Virus record (IMG/VR): IMGVR_UViG_3300043391_000853
Location: 32,001 to 96,000 of that record
DNA: 64,000 nt
Direction: 5' to 3' (one strand)
Origin: a virus
Lineage: Duplodnaviria; Caudoviricetes
The translations under genes and the position numbers were made by a program. The notes beneath the pieces were generated by a model. It was not told where the DNA came from, ran no database searches, and was given only the letters and a program-made list of their open reading frames with translations. This document shows, one piece after another, positions 36,213-45,301 of the stretch (position 1 is its first letter; every line of letters starts with the position of its first letter).

Positions 36213-36460
36213 TCAACCACAGTTTCAGTTACCCTGGTTTCTCTTATAACTACACGCCAGTCTCTCTCCTGCATATATGGAGAATCATCGAAGACCCCTC
36301 CAGGGAGCCGTCTAGATACATCATGCAAGGCGTAAGCTAGATGTGAGCGCTTGTTATTCTCTGGATCTGTATCGCAGTATAACCGCTGATGGTCTACCCA
36401 TTTTGATTTTAGTTTTAGCTTTTTCTGTATGACTATAATTGTCCTGACAGGTTTTGTCAT
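36209..36460 (-). CDS. small hypothetical protein
   Basis: IVIQKK...W...WRVVIRE. Confidence 0.6.
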   Translation of the reverse strand: MTKPVRTIIVIQKKLKLKSKWVDHQRLYCDTDPENNKRSHLAYALHDVSRRLPGGVFDDSPYMQERDWRVVIRETRVTETVVE

Positions 36461-36729
36461 TTTGTCTTCCTCAGTTCGTTCACCAAGTCTTCCTGTGTCT
36501 TCTTTGAGATGATGGGTTCAAAGTCTGCGTTTTCTTCATATTTGAACCCTGCAATCGCGCAGGCTTTTTCTACGTTAACCTGACATAGACAACTTTCGGG
36601 TATTAGCTGGTTGTAGTTGTTATCTACAGGTAAGGCGTTTGTCGGTACTTGGAGCATGTAGGCGAGCTCGTGAGGCGTACCTGCAAACTCGTTAGTGTCT
36701 TTGTTGAATACACGAGTACACATAATCAA
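36457..36729 (-). CDS. hypothetical protein
   Basis: SCLCQVN motif; coupled ORF. Confidence 0.6.
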   Translation of the reverse strand: MIMCTRVFNKDTNEFAGTPHELAYMLQVPTNALPVDNNYNQLIPESCLCQVNVEKACAIAGFKYEENADFEPIISKKTQEDLVNELRKTK

Positions 36730-36917
36730 TCTTGGTCTTCTGCATCATCCTGGCAGCATTCGCAGCGAAACACGGAAGCTGTTGGGTTTTCCTTGTCGCG
36801 TTTAACAATATAAAGATATTCACCATCCAGTACTGCCTGTCCGTTTGTTACATCTTTACAATCCACGCACACAAACTCCATCTCAGGAGTCACTCCTTGC
36901 TTACCTAGAATAGGCAT
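36726..36917 (-). CDS. small Zn-finger protein
   Basis: CVDC...RCECC. Confidence 0.6.
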   Translation of the reverse strand: MPILGKQGVTPEMEFVCVDCKDVTNGQAVLDGEYLYIVKRDKENPTASVFRCECCQDDAEDQD

Positions 36918-36922
36918 AATTA

Positions 36923-37177
36923 TTACCGTTGTTCTGGATCTGGTTTTTCGCAGGCTGAGCAACGCTTGACACCGTCTTCTCGCAGGGCATACATACCTGC
37001 ACTACAATCAACACAGTGTCTGCCGAACGATGCTGTAGTTTGCGGAGCTGTGTCAGGAATTTCGAAGGTTACTTCGAAATGCGCGACGTATTCTTTGGGT
37101 TTTTTAGCTGCTCCTAGTTTTGCCGCTAGGGGCAGTCCACACAGGATGAGTCCAATTGAGATTGCTGTCGACTTCAT
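36923..37177 (-). CDS. small Zn-ribbon protein with hydrophobic N-terminus
   Basis: CVDC...CSAC. Confidence 0.55.
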   Translation of the reverse strand: MKSTAISIGLILCGLPLAAKLGAAKKPKEYVAHFEVTFEIPDTAPQTTASFGRHCVDCSAGMYALREDGVKRCSACEKPDPEQR

Positions 37178-37644
37178 GGTTTGTTGTCTTCTAGTTCTTT
37201 TTCAGTTTGTTTTGGTTCGTACTCGAAAAAAGACAATGAAAACACCGCGTTTCCAGTCTCTTCGAGAAGCACACTACACCAGCTTGAATTAACCGTTACC
37301 CTGGATAGGGTATATTCTTCACCAAGCTTCAAGAGGTTTTCTGCATTTTCAGCAAGGTCTTTAAACCAAGTGACTGATACTCCCTTGTATTTTACTTTGT
37401 CTCCAACTTTGGGCCATATTTTCATAGTGTCGTCTGGCAGGTAATATCTGCATTGAAATGAGAACGTGCTCTTTTCATGTGTTTTAATTTCTCCCTTCTC
37501 TTCCCACTCATAGCCAATCCATCCTGGTTCGCTAATATCTTTGTACACTGTTCTGACCTTGTGACCAGCTCCGTCGCAAGAATACCATATTGCACCTAAC
37601 GGTATTTGCTCTAATTTTAAGAATGTTCGCTCAGGCATATACAC
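37174..37644 (-). CDS. hypothetical protein (two SH3-like modules)
   Basis: FQCRY; PKVGDKVKY...LKLGEEYT...FSLSFFE. Confidence 0.6.
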   Translation of the reverse strand: MYMPERTFLKLEQIPLGAIWYSCDGAGHKVRTVYKDISEPGWIGYEWEEKGEIKTHEKSTFSFQCRYYLPDDTMKIWPKVGDKVKYKGVSVTWFKDLAENAENLLKLGEEYTLSRVTVNSSWCSVLLEETGNAVFSLSFFEYEPKQTEKELEDNKP

Positions 37645-38719
37645 TTAATTTTAACTCATCTAGCACGGCTTTAGGTTCACTTGCGGTAAGTAGCTTGTAG
37701 GCCACATCAAACACCTTGTCGCCGTACTCTGCGCTGCAAGTCAGTTCACGAAGAACATTACCTATACGATCGGCGGTCTTTAGCTCGGAACGGATGTTGA
37801 CCATCTCCTCTGTACCGTCTTTATCTTTCTTTACTTTGGTAGTTTTTACAAATCCAATATCGTGCAGGAAGTTTAATCTGTTTCCTACGTCTACACAGTC
37901 GTGCAGCTTTACAAGAAACACTGGCCTCTTATTACCCAGCTGGTACGTATTGTATTTAACTGTGTTCAATGTCTCCTCTAGATTGTCGGGCGTAACATTG
38001 ATGGTTATGTACTGCCTAGGTAGACTGTATGGCAGTGTGCTCAATTTCTCACCGTCAAAGAAATACAAGCCCTCCTTCTCAGTCTCGTTGGCTGCAGTAA
38101 CTCCCAAGCTTCCGCAGTATCCCATGAATAATTCTTTTTCGCAGACTGGATTATGGAATCTTGCCTGTCTACGAATGTGAATATCTCCGAGAAAAATTCC
38201 ACGCATGCTGGCGCATTGATTAGTGAAATCTAGATCTTTGAAACTCACCTTTTTCTTGTCTTCGCAGAACGGCCACAGCTCTGGGATCTGTTGGTGCATA
38301 AAAACACACAAAACAGAGTTTGTTTCTTTTTTGTTCAATTCGTGATTAATTAATTCAATCACATCAGCAGGATTATCGCTATAATCAACTCCCACAAACT
38401 CGGGAACGCTATTGACAGATTTAAACCCACAGACCGTCTCCCAAGTGGCTCCGTTTACGGGCTTACTGTGATCTCCGGCTATAGCTACGGGAGTAACTTT
38501 GCCCTCCAATCTTTTCAGCTGAGCTGTTACGAACTTAATGGTATCGCTGCTAGGCTTATTGTTGTCGAATAAATCACCGACACTAACAAGGTAATCAACT
38601 TTGTGTTCAATTGCCTTGTTTATAACCATAGAGAACAGGTCTCGATTGTCCTGCTCTAGCTCTGGAATGTTGTACAACTTACTTTCAAGGTGCTGGTCAC
38701 TGAATGCTATGAACTTCAT
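37631..38719 (-). CDS. sbcD: SbcD/Mre11-like nuclease
   Basis: FSDQHL, VGDLFD, AGDHS, MHQ, LGDIH, YCGS. Confidence 0.88.
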   Translation of the reverse strand: MKFIAFSDQHLESKLYNIPELEQDNRDLFSMVINKAIEHKVDYLVSVGDLFDNNKPSSDTIKFVTAQLKRLEGKVTPVAIAGDHSKPVNGATWETVCGFKSVNSVPEFVGVDYSDNPADVIELINHELNKKETNSVLCVFMHQQIPELWPFCEDKKKVSFKDLDFTNQCASMRGIFLGDIHIRRQARFHNPVCEKELFMGYCGSLGVTAANETEKEGLYFFDGEKLSTLPYSLPRQYITINVTPDNLEETLNTVKYNTYQLGNKRPVFLVKLHDCVDVGNRLNFLHDIGFVKTTKVKKDKDGTEEMVNIRSELKTADRIGNVLRELTCSAEYGDKVFDVAYKLLTASEPKAVLDELKLSVYA

Positions 38720-38721
38720 AT

Positions 38722-39168
38722 TTATTTATTGGTTGTATGTTTATCAAACGAGAGCATATCTGCCATTAACCGCTCACTTATTGAAAGCAGGGCTTCATCG
38801 CTTTTTTTGTTTTTCTCCCACAAGCTCAAGAAGCGGTACATTAATGCTTTTAACGTACTGGTGTAAATATCTTCATTTTCGAGATGTGTGGTTGTGTAAT
38901 GCTGCTTAAACGCCTCATGTGTGTAAAGTTCTCCAAAAACAGTGACAGGTTCGGTTTCTTTATTTTCTGCCAACAACCATTTAGGACACACTAACGTCTT
39001 GGCGCTTATCTGAAACGCAGACCCTCTTGTCAGGTCGCGAGAACCTGCACTTACTTTCTTTACCCAACTTGGAGATTTACCTACAAGCAAACTAAATTCT
39101 TTCTCGTGGCCGTGCTTTCCTAGATAGCTTCTAAGTACAGCTATATTTGTTCTAAGTTTAGATTTCAT
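38722..39168 (-). CDS. XRE-type helix-turn-helix protein
   Basis: EFSLLVGKSPSWVKKVSAGSR...VCPKWLL. Confidence 0.7.
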   Translation of the reverse strand: MKSKLRTNIAVLRSYLGKHGHEKEFSLLVGKSPSWVKKVSAGSRDLTRGSAFQISAKTLVCPKWLLAENKETEPVTVFGELYTHEAFKQHYTTTHLENEDIYTSTLKALMYRFLSLWEKNKKSDEALLSISERLMADMLSFDKHTTNK

Positions 39169-39189
39169 GCTACTGGTACGTTATATAAG

Positions 39190-39510
39190 TTATTTGCATG
39201 CTGCAATAATTTCAGGACGAACATGGTACTGCCACCACTCACTACCATCATATTCTCCTCTCGAGAACCAGGTACCGTCCACAAGCCATATCGTACCGAA
39301 CACCTCTTGCGTACCATAACTTGCGTCATAGAAGAAGTTGAGTTTGTCTAGAAACTTTGTGAAATCTTCCTCTGTATAGTTTAGCTTGAGTGCCGCCACG
39401 ATATCATCGAACGGGGCTGTAAGGGGATTGTTAGCTTCAATATATGCACACTTTACCTGTGCACGATGTTTGACGGCATCCAAGAATTCTTCTTTTGCGT
39501 ATGTTCTCAT
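39190..39510 (-). CDS. conserved phage hypothetical protein
   Basis: YDASYGTQE.FGTIW..DGTW..RGEYDGSEWW. Confidence 0.75.
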   Translation of the reverse strand: MRTYAKEEFLDAVKHRAQVKCAYIEANNPLTAPFDDIVAALKLNYTEEDFTKFLDKLNFFYDASYGTQEVFGTIWLVDGTWFSRGEYDGSEWWQYHVRPEIIAACK

Positions 39511-40058
39511 AATTCGTGAGGTATTATTATCCCTTTTTCGCTTTCTTTGACTTTCCAGTCACTGACTGCAGTCATTATGTTTTTACCTAGTCTAGCGCTA
39601 GCCAGTTTAAGTACTCTTAAATTTGGCCAAGCTACAGGTCTAACCTTCAATATATACTGCAGAGCCTCTTCCACAGATTTACCTTGCATAACCCAGGCAA
39701 TGATTCCTACTGCCGTACTACGACTTATACCAGCATAGCAATTAATTCCAAGATGATGATGTGTATCACTGCTGACCAAAGGCTCCAGAAAGCTAATGAT
39801 GTTGTTGACGTGCCTTTCTTGTGGGCCTTCAATGTGTAGTCTGTCTTGAATGTACGTTTCAGTATCTTCATCACTCCAGTCTCTAAACAGCTGTGAAAAA
39901 TGTTTTACCCTAGCATTAACAAAGCGTGTTTTTAATTTCTTAATAGTTGCTTCGTCCTCTGGATCACTTAACGAAATCCAGGCAGTCTGCAGCAAATCTA
40001 TCTTGAATGGTACGTGCTTGGCTTCACTCAGGTTTGTGATAATGATTGAATCTATCAT
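39507..40058 (-). CDS. protein tyrosine/dual-specificity phosphatase-like
   Basis: CX5R loop NCYAGISRSTA; RPVAWPN. Confidence 0.85.
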   Translation of the reverse strand: MIDSIIITNLSEAKHVPFKIDLLQTAWISLSDPEDEATIKKLKTRFVNARVKHFSQLFRDWSDEDTETYIQDRLHIEGPQERHVNNIISFLEPLVSSDTHHHLGINCYAGISRSTAVGIIAWVMQGKSVEEALQYILKVRPVAWPNLRVLKLASARLGKNIMTAVSDWKVKESEKGIIIPHEL

Positions 40059-40423
40059 ATTGATAATTTCCTATGCTCTTTTGGTTGTGGTTGTGTGGCC
40101 TTGACCTGCTTTGGAGATTGAGGTTGATTATATTTAAGTATAATTCTCAACAGCTCTTGTCCTACAGAATCTAGACTATCTCCATTTTCAAGCATTGTGA
40201 AAGATTTATCCTTCAGCTTCTTTTTCGTGACATTATAAAAAAACTCTACAGCAGTCTCCAGATCTTCTGTAACGGAGTCTACTTTTGTTGTGAATTTCCT
40301 GCTGTTTTTTCCTCCAAAATATCTAATTATTTTGTAGGTACCGTAGCAGTCCACCAACTCAAGCAACCAAAAACGTTTGTTTGTTCCTTTGCTTTGAAAA
40401 ATTTCTAGACCTAGTCTTTCCAT
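40055..40423 (-). CDS. WGR-like domain protein
   Basis: TNKRFWLLEL...IIRYFG...KKKLKDKSF. Confidence 0.55.
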   Translation of the reverse strand: MERLGLEIFQSKGTNKRFWLLELVDCYGTYKIIRYFGGKNSRKFTTKVDSVTEDLETAVEFFYNVTKKKLKDKSFTMLENGDSLDSVGQELLRIILKYNQPQSPKQVKATQPQPKEHRKLSI

Positions 40424-40431
40424 ATTATTAT

Positions 40432-40468
40432 AAAAATAGGCCGCAAGAGGGATAGTCCTCTTGCGGCC
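40432..40468 (-). terminator. intrinsic terminator closing the AAA cluster
   Basis: GGCCGCAAGAGG/CCTCTTGCGGCC plus TATTTTT. Confidence 0.8.
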
Positions 40469-40482
40469 GTGGTGTGCTGTTA

Positions 40483-40737
40483 TTAGCGAGCGAAGCTGTT
40501 CTCTATTTTTCTATTAAAATAGTTTCTTTCCGCATCTATAACAGCGCTTCTAATTGGATTTTTTGCAATTACGCAACCATCCATATCTACAGCTACCCAA
40601 CACTCGTGAGTGTGATCGTATTCTATATTAGATACACGTTCCACATACTTCGAGCCGAGGGAATTGAGTTTGTCTAGGGTATCATCTGCTAATCCCTGCA
40701 GGTTACCCTCCAAATCAATATATATTTTGGTAGACAT
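40483..40737 (-). CDS. small protein typical of Ycf46-AAA clusters
   Basis: LG...VERVSNIEYD....W......R..AE motif. Confidence 0.65.
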   Translation of the reverse strand: MSTKIYIDLEGNLQGLADDTLDKLNSLGSKYVERVSNIEYDHTHECWVAVDMDGCVIAKNPIRSAVIDAERNYFNRKIENSFAR

Positions 40738-40738
40738 A

Positions 40739-40939
40739 CTAGTGTCTAATATGCTCAGCATTATCTACAGTCAAATCCTTATCGTACTCATGGGTCATCT
40801 TTCTAGACGACTCATCGACCATACCAAGAGCTCTCTCAAGCATCTTTGTAGCGTCCAAGCAGCCTGAGCCGTAACCCTCCAATTTATCAATGGTTACGTG
40901 GCCTTCGTTATTCACTTTAAACACTATTTGTTTAGACAT
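40739..40939 (-). CDS. DUF2997 family protein
   Basis: IVFKV...G.VTI...GY.GSGCLDATKMLERALG...T.EY. Confidence 0.8.
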   Translation of the reverse strand: MSKQIVFKVNNEGHVTIDKLEGYGSGCLDATKMLERALGMVDESSRKMTHEYDKDLTVDNAEHIRH

Positions 40940-41219
40940 AGGACATTGTGTTTCTTAGAAACCTGCCGGTGTGGTCATACTGGAACTTAATGTGTACAAC
41001 ATGCCTCTTTTCAGAGGGGCAGCGTACAACATAAATAACGGTAGCTACAGCGTACCCTGGGGAGTCTTCGTCAATATCCAGTTGATGATACGGAACTGTA
41101 ACATCAAAATCCACAGGCCTTTCTTCCTGAGGGGCAACGGCTTCTTTCGTCAGGGTCTCCTTTAGTGACCTTGCGAGTTTAGACTTGATTGACATGAATT
41201 CCTTGTGAGTATTTGACAT
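40932..41219 (-). CDS. hypothetical protein
   Basis: 95-aa ORF within cluster. Confidence 0.6.
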   Translation of the reverse strand: MSNTHKEFMSIKSKLARSLKETLTKEAVAPQEERPVDFDVTVPYHQLDIDEDSPGYAVATVIYVVRCPSEKRHVVHIKFQYDHTGRFLRNTMSYV

Positions 41220-41226
41220 ATTTCTT

Positions 41227-41616
41227 TTATTTTTCTGCTGTTACTACCAATTCTCCTGTAGCCAACTCGGTTACAGTGTAATCAAGATCTTCTTCACTCA
41301 TGAACTTCTTAAGCTCATCTAGAGCATAACCCTGCTTAATCTTTTTCATGTTTTGTCCTAGTGATCTTTCTATGCTACCTCCGAAAAAGTCGCACACAAA
41401 GTAAGCATTATTTTCACCATCAATATCGATACCTACATCATACCCTCCTTTCGCAGGATTGACCGCTACGTACCGGTGGAGTTCATCTTTGCGGGGATCG
41501 CTTGGATAGGTATTACACTTTGCATCGTATGTTATAACCCATCCTGCTTTTTCAAACTGCTTCAGCAAATTGCTGATGTTCTTGAACTGCGTCTTGATGT
41601 TTACACTGTGACTCAT
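41227..41616 (-). CDS. DUF1257 (Ycf35-like) family protein
   Basis: MSHSVNIKTQ...YDVG...CDFF...KQGYA. Confidence 0.8.
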   Translation of the reverse strand: MSHSVNIKTQFKNISNLLKQFEKAGWVITYDAKCNTYPSDPRKDELHRYVAVNPAKGGYDVGIDIDGENNAYFVCDFFGGSIERSLGQNMKKIKQGYALDELKKFMSEEDLDYTVTELATGELVVTAEK

Positions 41617-41945
41617 AGTATTTGTACTTGATTGTAACTTCCTGCCAGCTGCAGCGATAACTCGGTTATCTCTTTCACGTCAAACGTATCTTCTACAAGT
41701 TTTTTAAAACTTATAAATGTCATTGTTACCGCCTCTGAGACCTCTTTTAGAGAGGGGTAGGCTGGATCTTCGTTGGCTTGGGTCACAAGCACAACAATTT
41801 TATCTTCTTCGATCTTCTGGATATCTCCGTTCGCCACCTCACAGTAAGGTAGTGTGATGGTGTGTCCGTCTCCACGGAACTTCACTGTTAACATGTCGTA
41901 CCTGGGAGGGTCCATCATGTCCGCGTCGTCGTGATTGTCGTGCAT
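41613..41945 (-). CDS. hypothetical acidic protein
   Basis: Start MHDNH; within cluster. Confidence 0.55.
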   Translation of the reverse strand: MHDNHDDADMMDPPRYDMLTVKFRGDGHTITLPYCEVANGDIQKIEEDKIVVLVTQANEDPAYPSLKEVSEAVTMTFISFKKLVEDTFDVKEITELSLQLAGSYNQVQIL

Positions 41946-41946
41946 A

Positions 41947-43053
41947 CTAGATACTGAGCTTTCTGAAGTACTCTCCTGAGACATTGGCTACGTCCGTGAG
42001 TGCCTTAGCCTCACTAACAACCCCGTTAAGATGACGTTGCAGTATGGCAATGGCGTCTTTATCTTTTGAAAAATCCTTGTCTCCACTAATAAGATTTTCC
42101 ACTTTACTCAATTCAGCCTCGACAGCCTTATCGTCCACGAAGTTCATTTCCCTGAATTCCTGGATGTGTTTGAGTAATGTGCGAATATTGGCTTCACTCA
42201 CTACTTCCTTCTTGTTGATCTTGTTCAGTGCAACTGTACAATGCTCCACGATTTTAGTACGCAGTGTTGACGTGACTTCTCCCACGAAGTCGTTGATCTT
42301 GGCCATGTGGGTGTTTATCTGCTTTTTGTACTCCTCCTGATATCTACGGGAGGCTACCTGCTTCTCTTCGTTGTGTGTGACTTCCCTCTGGATCTCATCC
42401 TGCAGATTAAGCTCTGCAAAGGCTGCAGGAAGAGCGATCTCGAAGGACACAATATCCAAATAGAACTTCTTCTTCACAGCAGCTAGTGAGGGATAGTACG
42501 ACTCAAGATTCTGAATGTCTACAGTATCTTTGTGCTGTTGATAGAATTCAAGGGCTTCCTTCTTGTAATCTTCGTACTTCTCGAGAAATTCATCAACCAT
42601 CGCCAAATACTCGGTTCTGTACTCATTCAACCGACGGTAGACTTCCATGTACTTTGTCTTCGGTACAAAGTGTGCCTGGCTTACAAGCGGGAATTCGAAG
42701 GAATTTGTGTACAGATACTTTCTAATCTTCTGCTCAACATTCTTGAACTTATTATACACAGCAGTCTTGATAAGCATCTTCTTACCCAGCTTAATGGTGT
42801 CTGGTAGCTTGTTGTCGAGCTTGATGTCCCCTTCTTCGAGGTTGTAGCTCATTCCCCACATACCGATGTGGATGTTAACAAGTTTTCCGTCTTGGAAAAC
42901 TTTGTCATAATATTTCTGCAGTGTTTCTGTGATTTTGTACTCATTGGCTGCAGGAACAGGAATATTCATGGCAGGAGTATTGATTGTAGCGGTATTCATG
43001 GTGGTGGTAGTGGTATTCATGGTGGTGGTAGTGGTATTCATGGTAGTACTCAT
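41947..43053 (-). CDS. DUF3150-like helical protein
   Basis: LVNIHIGMWG...LGKKMLI...HFVP...YPS...KF...MNF; directly downstream of AAA gene. Confidence 0.6.
   Translation of the reverse strand: MSTTMNTTTTTMNTTTTTMNTATINTPAMNIPVPAANEYKITETLQKYYDKVFQDGKLVNIHIGMWGMSYNLEEGDIKLDNKLPDTIKLGKKMLIKTAVYNKFKNVEQKIRKYLYTNSFEFPLVSQAHFVPKTKYMEVYRRLNEYRTEYLAMVDEFLEKYEDYKKEALEFYQQHKDTVDIQNLESYYPSLAAVKKKFYLDIVSFEIALPAAFAELNLQDEIQREVTHNEEKQVASRRYQEEYKKQINTHMAKINDFVGEVTSTLRTKIVEHCTVALNKINKKEVVSEANIRTLLKHIQEFREMNFVDDKAVEAELSKVENLISGDKDFSKDKDAIAILQRHLNGVVSEAKALTDVANVSGEYFRKLSI
42991..43044. repeat. 21-bp tandem repeat (about 2.6 copies) encoding MNTTTTT
   Basis: GGTATTCATGGTGGTGGTAGT x2 plus partial copy. Confidence 0.9.
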
Positions 43054-43061
43054 AATGATGT

Positions 43062-44645
43062 TTATTCTTCGTTTCCGATTGCGATACTTAGCTTCCGCAT
43101 ATTCTTTTGTACATCTGCGATAGGGTCACCCTTTGGGGTAACCATAACAAGCTTTCCTTGTGCGTGTCTACGCATGGATTTTAGATCTTCTTCATGACTG
43201 GTAGCAAATGGGATGAACTCTGCGAGAACATCCATTACATGGTTATCACTGACCTCTTCCCCTTGGTCGAAGGCCTTGTACAACGCATCTTTAAATACTT
43301 CTTCGATTTCGGCACCTGTGAAGTTTTCTGCTCCACTTACAAGGGTCTTGATGCTGAAGTTTTTGGGGTCTCTACCGTATTTTGCAATCACTACATTGAA
43401 GATCTCTTTTCGCTCTTCAGTGGTAGGGAGGTCTACCCAGAACAGCTGATCAAAGCGACCCTTACGAATGAGCGCTGGAGGCAACAACGTGTGGTTGTTT
43501 GTAGTTGCCACAATAAATGCCGGATTCTTACGGTCATTTAACCAGCTTAGAAATGTGCCGAAGATACGGCTACTGACTCCGCTATCTCCAGCTCCACTCA
43601 CAGCGCTATTGCTGAGAGCTTTCTCGATCTCGTCAATCAATATGACGCATTTGCCGATGCTTTCCACAGTCTTGATCATCTCACGCATATTCTTCTCACT
43701 GTTACCTACAAGTGAATCGAATATGCTGCCGATATCCAAAGCAAACAAAGGACAATCGAATTCCTTTGCTATAGCTTTACAGATAAGACTTTTGCCTGTG
43801 CCAGGTACACTCGCCAAGAGCATACCTTTAGGCATCGGAAGATTGTAATCTCTGGCGCTCTTGGAGTAGGCCTTTTTACGGGTGGTCAACCAATTCTTTA
43901 GCCCTTGCATGCCGCCAACATTAGCAAAACTAATATTTGGTTCCATGTATGTGAGCAAGCCGTTCTTTTTCAGCTGGGCAATCTTCTCTTGGAATACTGC
44001 TTCCACGAAGACCTCATTAAAGCTACGTACAGCCTCCCAGGCTAGGCTGAAGGCGTTCTCGACTTCAAGATAGGTCATACCCTTAGCGGCTTCAACTGCA
44101 CCCTCGGCAACGCTCTCCGAAATATCTATTGGTGCGCGTCCTGCATCTTCACGTTCTTTGTTGATGGAGCTTCTGACAAACATCAATCTCTCCTTGATGT
44201 CTTCTCCGCTTGGGAGGTCGTAGTCTAATAGCTGGATTTCTTTGTGTAGTTCGGCAGGGACAGCGAACTTGTGACCTACAAAGACAATCATATTCCTACG
44301 ACTTTTGAGGACATTCCAAGCATTCCTGAGGAGCCGGATGTTAATTACCTTGTCGAAGTGTAGATGGAAATCTTTAAGAATGAAGATGGTGTTCGGGAAC
44401 TTATAGTTCTGAATATACTTTAGGAGGTCTGCAGTAGTCTTTGTTTCCTCAGGATGATTAATCTCATTTGCCCCTGCTTTGAATACGAGACCGTTTTGCG
44501 CATCCCATTCATGAATACTGATCGAGGGGTCTTTTTCACGAATGGTGAAGAGATCCTTTACGAATCTTCCTTCTTCGTGGGTCATGACAAACAGCCCTGG
44601 GTAGCTGGCCTTTTGATAGTTTTGTAATTTAGATATGAAGTCCAT
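43062..44645 (-). CDS. Ycf46-like AAA+ ATPase (degenerate N-terminal AAA plus active AAA)
   Basis: THEEGR, LKDFH; VGGMQGLKNW, VPGTGKS, IDEIEK, LPPALIRKGRFD, FTGAEIE. Confidence 0.9.
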   Translation of the reverse strand: MDFISKLQNYQKASYPGLFVMTHEEGRFVKDLFTIREKDPSISIHEWDAQNGLVFKAGANEINHPEETKTTADLLKYIQNYKFPNTIFILKDFHLHFDKVINIRLLRNAWNVLKSRRNMIVFVGHKFAVPAELHKEIQLLDYDLPSGEDIKERLMFVRSSINKEREDAGRAPIDISESVAEGAVEAAKGMTYLEVENAFSLAWEAVRSFNEVFVEAVFQEKIAQLKKNGLLTYMEPNISFANVGGMQGLKNWLTTRKKAYSKSARDYNLPMPKGMLLASVPGTGKSLICKAIAKEFDCPLFALDIGSIFDSLVGNSEKNMREMIKTVESIGKCVILIDEIEKALSNSAVSGAGDSGVSSRIFGTFLSWLNDRKNPAFIVATTNNHTLLPPALIRKGRFDQLFWVDLPTTEERKEIFNVVIAKYGRDPKNFSIKTLVSGAENFTGAEIEEVFKDALYKAFDQGEEVSDNHVMDVLAEFIPFATSHEEDLKSMRRHAQGKLVMVTPKGDPIADVQKNMRKLSIAIGNEE

Positions 44646-45189
44646 GTTTAATAGTTGGTATGAAGTTATTTTTTTTGTACTGCTTATTGATTTCTTCGTC
44701 TTGTACGATGAAGAAACCTAGGATATCTGAGATGATATTGTGCTGTACCGCTAAACCGTTCTTCATTGATCTGGAACGGTAGTGCTGCATCTCCGATGGA
44801 TGCATTTTTTTCTCCAACCACTTTGCTGCAACAAGCAAAGGGTGTTCCTCAACCGCTGACGCTGTCAGTGGTTTAACTTTAGCAACCTCAGGTTTATGAG
44901 GTTTAACCGACGTATCTTTTTTCTTGTTTCCTGGAGGTCTCCCTCTTTTTTTAGCTACAGCAGGAGAGGGAGAAGGCAAGGCCTCAGGTAAACTAGGTTT
45001 ATTTTTAGACCCTGGCGGTCTCCCTCTTTTCTTAGCTGGCTGTGCGAGACTATTACTTACACTTACAACGAGCTCTTTCGGCTTATTCTTTGATCCTGGA
45101 GGCCTTCCTCTTTTCTTTTGTGTATCTATGCCCGAATTAGCTGTTCTCTGGAGGTTGAGGCAGTCCTTTTTTGTGGATTTTCCGCTCAT
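44629..45189 (-). CDS. AT-hook nucleoid-associated/DNA-binding protein
   Basis: Three KKRGRPPG(SKNKP) AT-hooks. Confidence 0.8.
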   Translation of the reverse strand: MSGKSTKKDCLNLQRTANSGIDTQKKRGRPPGSKNKPKELVVSVSNSLAQPAKKRGRPPGSKNKPSLPEALPSPSPAVAKKRGRPPGNKKKDTSVKPHKPEVAKVKPLTASAVEEHPLLVAAKWLEKKMHPSEMQHYRSRSMKNGLAVQHNIISDILGFFIVQDEEINKQYKKNNFIPTIKHGLHI

Positions 45190-45298
45190 GCGATTTCGCA
45201 ACGTCAGTATAGTAACGGTCTTCGAGTTTTAACTTGTCGACTCGTTTATACAGATTTTGTCTATCTCGGAGTTGATATTTACGAATAGTCTTACCCAT
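45137..45298 (-). CDS. 53-aa basic protein (not in ORF track)
   Basis: MGKTIRKYQLRDRQ...GLPQPPENS; starts 10 nt after a TATAAT box. Confidence 0.5.
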   Translation of the reverse strand: MGKTIRKYQLRDRQNLYKRVDKLKLEDRYYTDVAKSHERKIHKKGLPQPPENS

Positions 45299-45301
45299 AA
45301 T

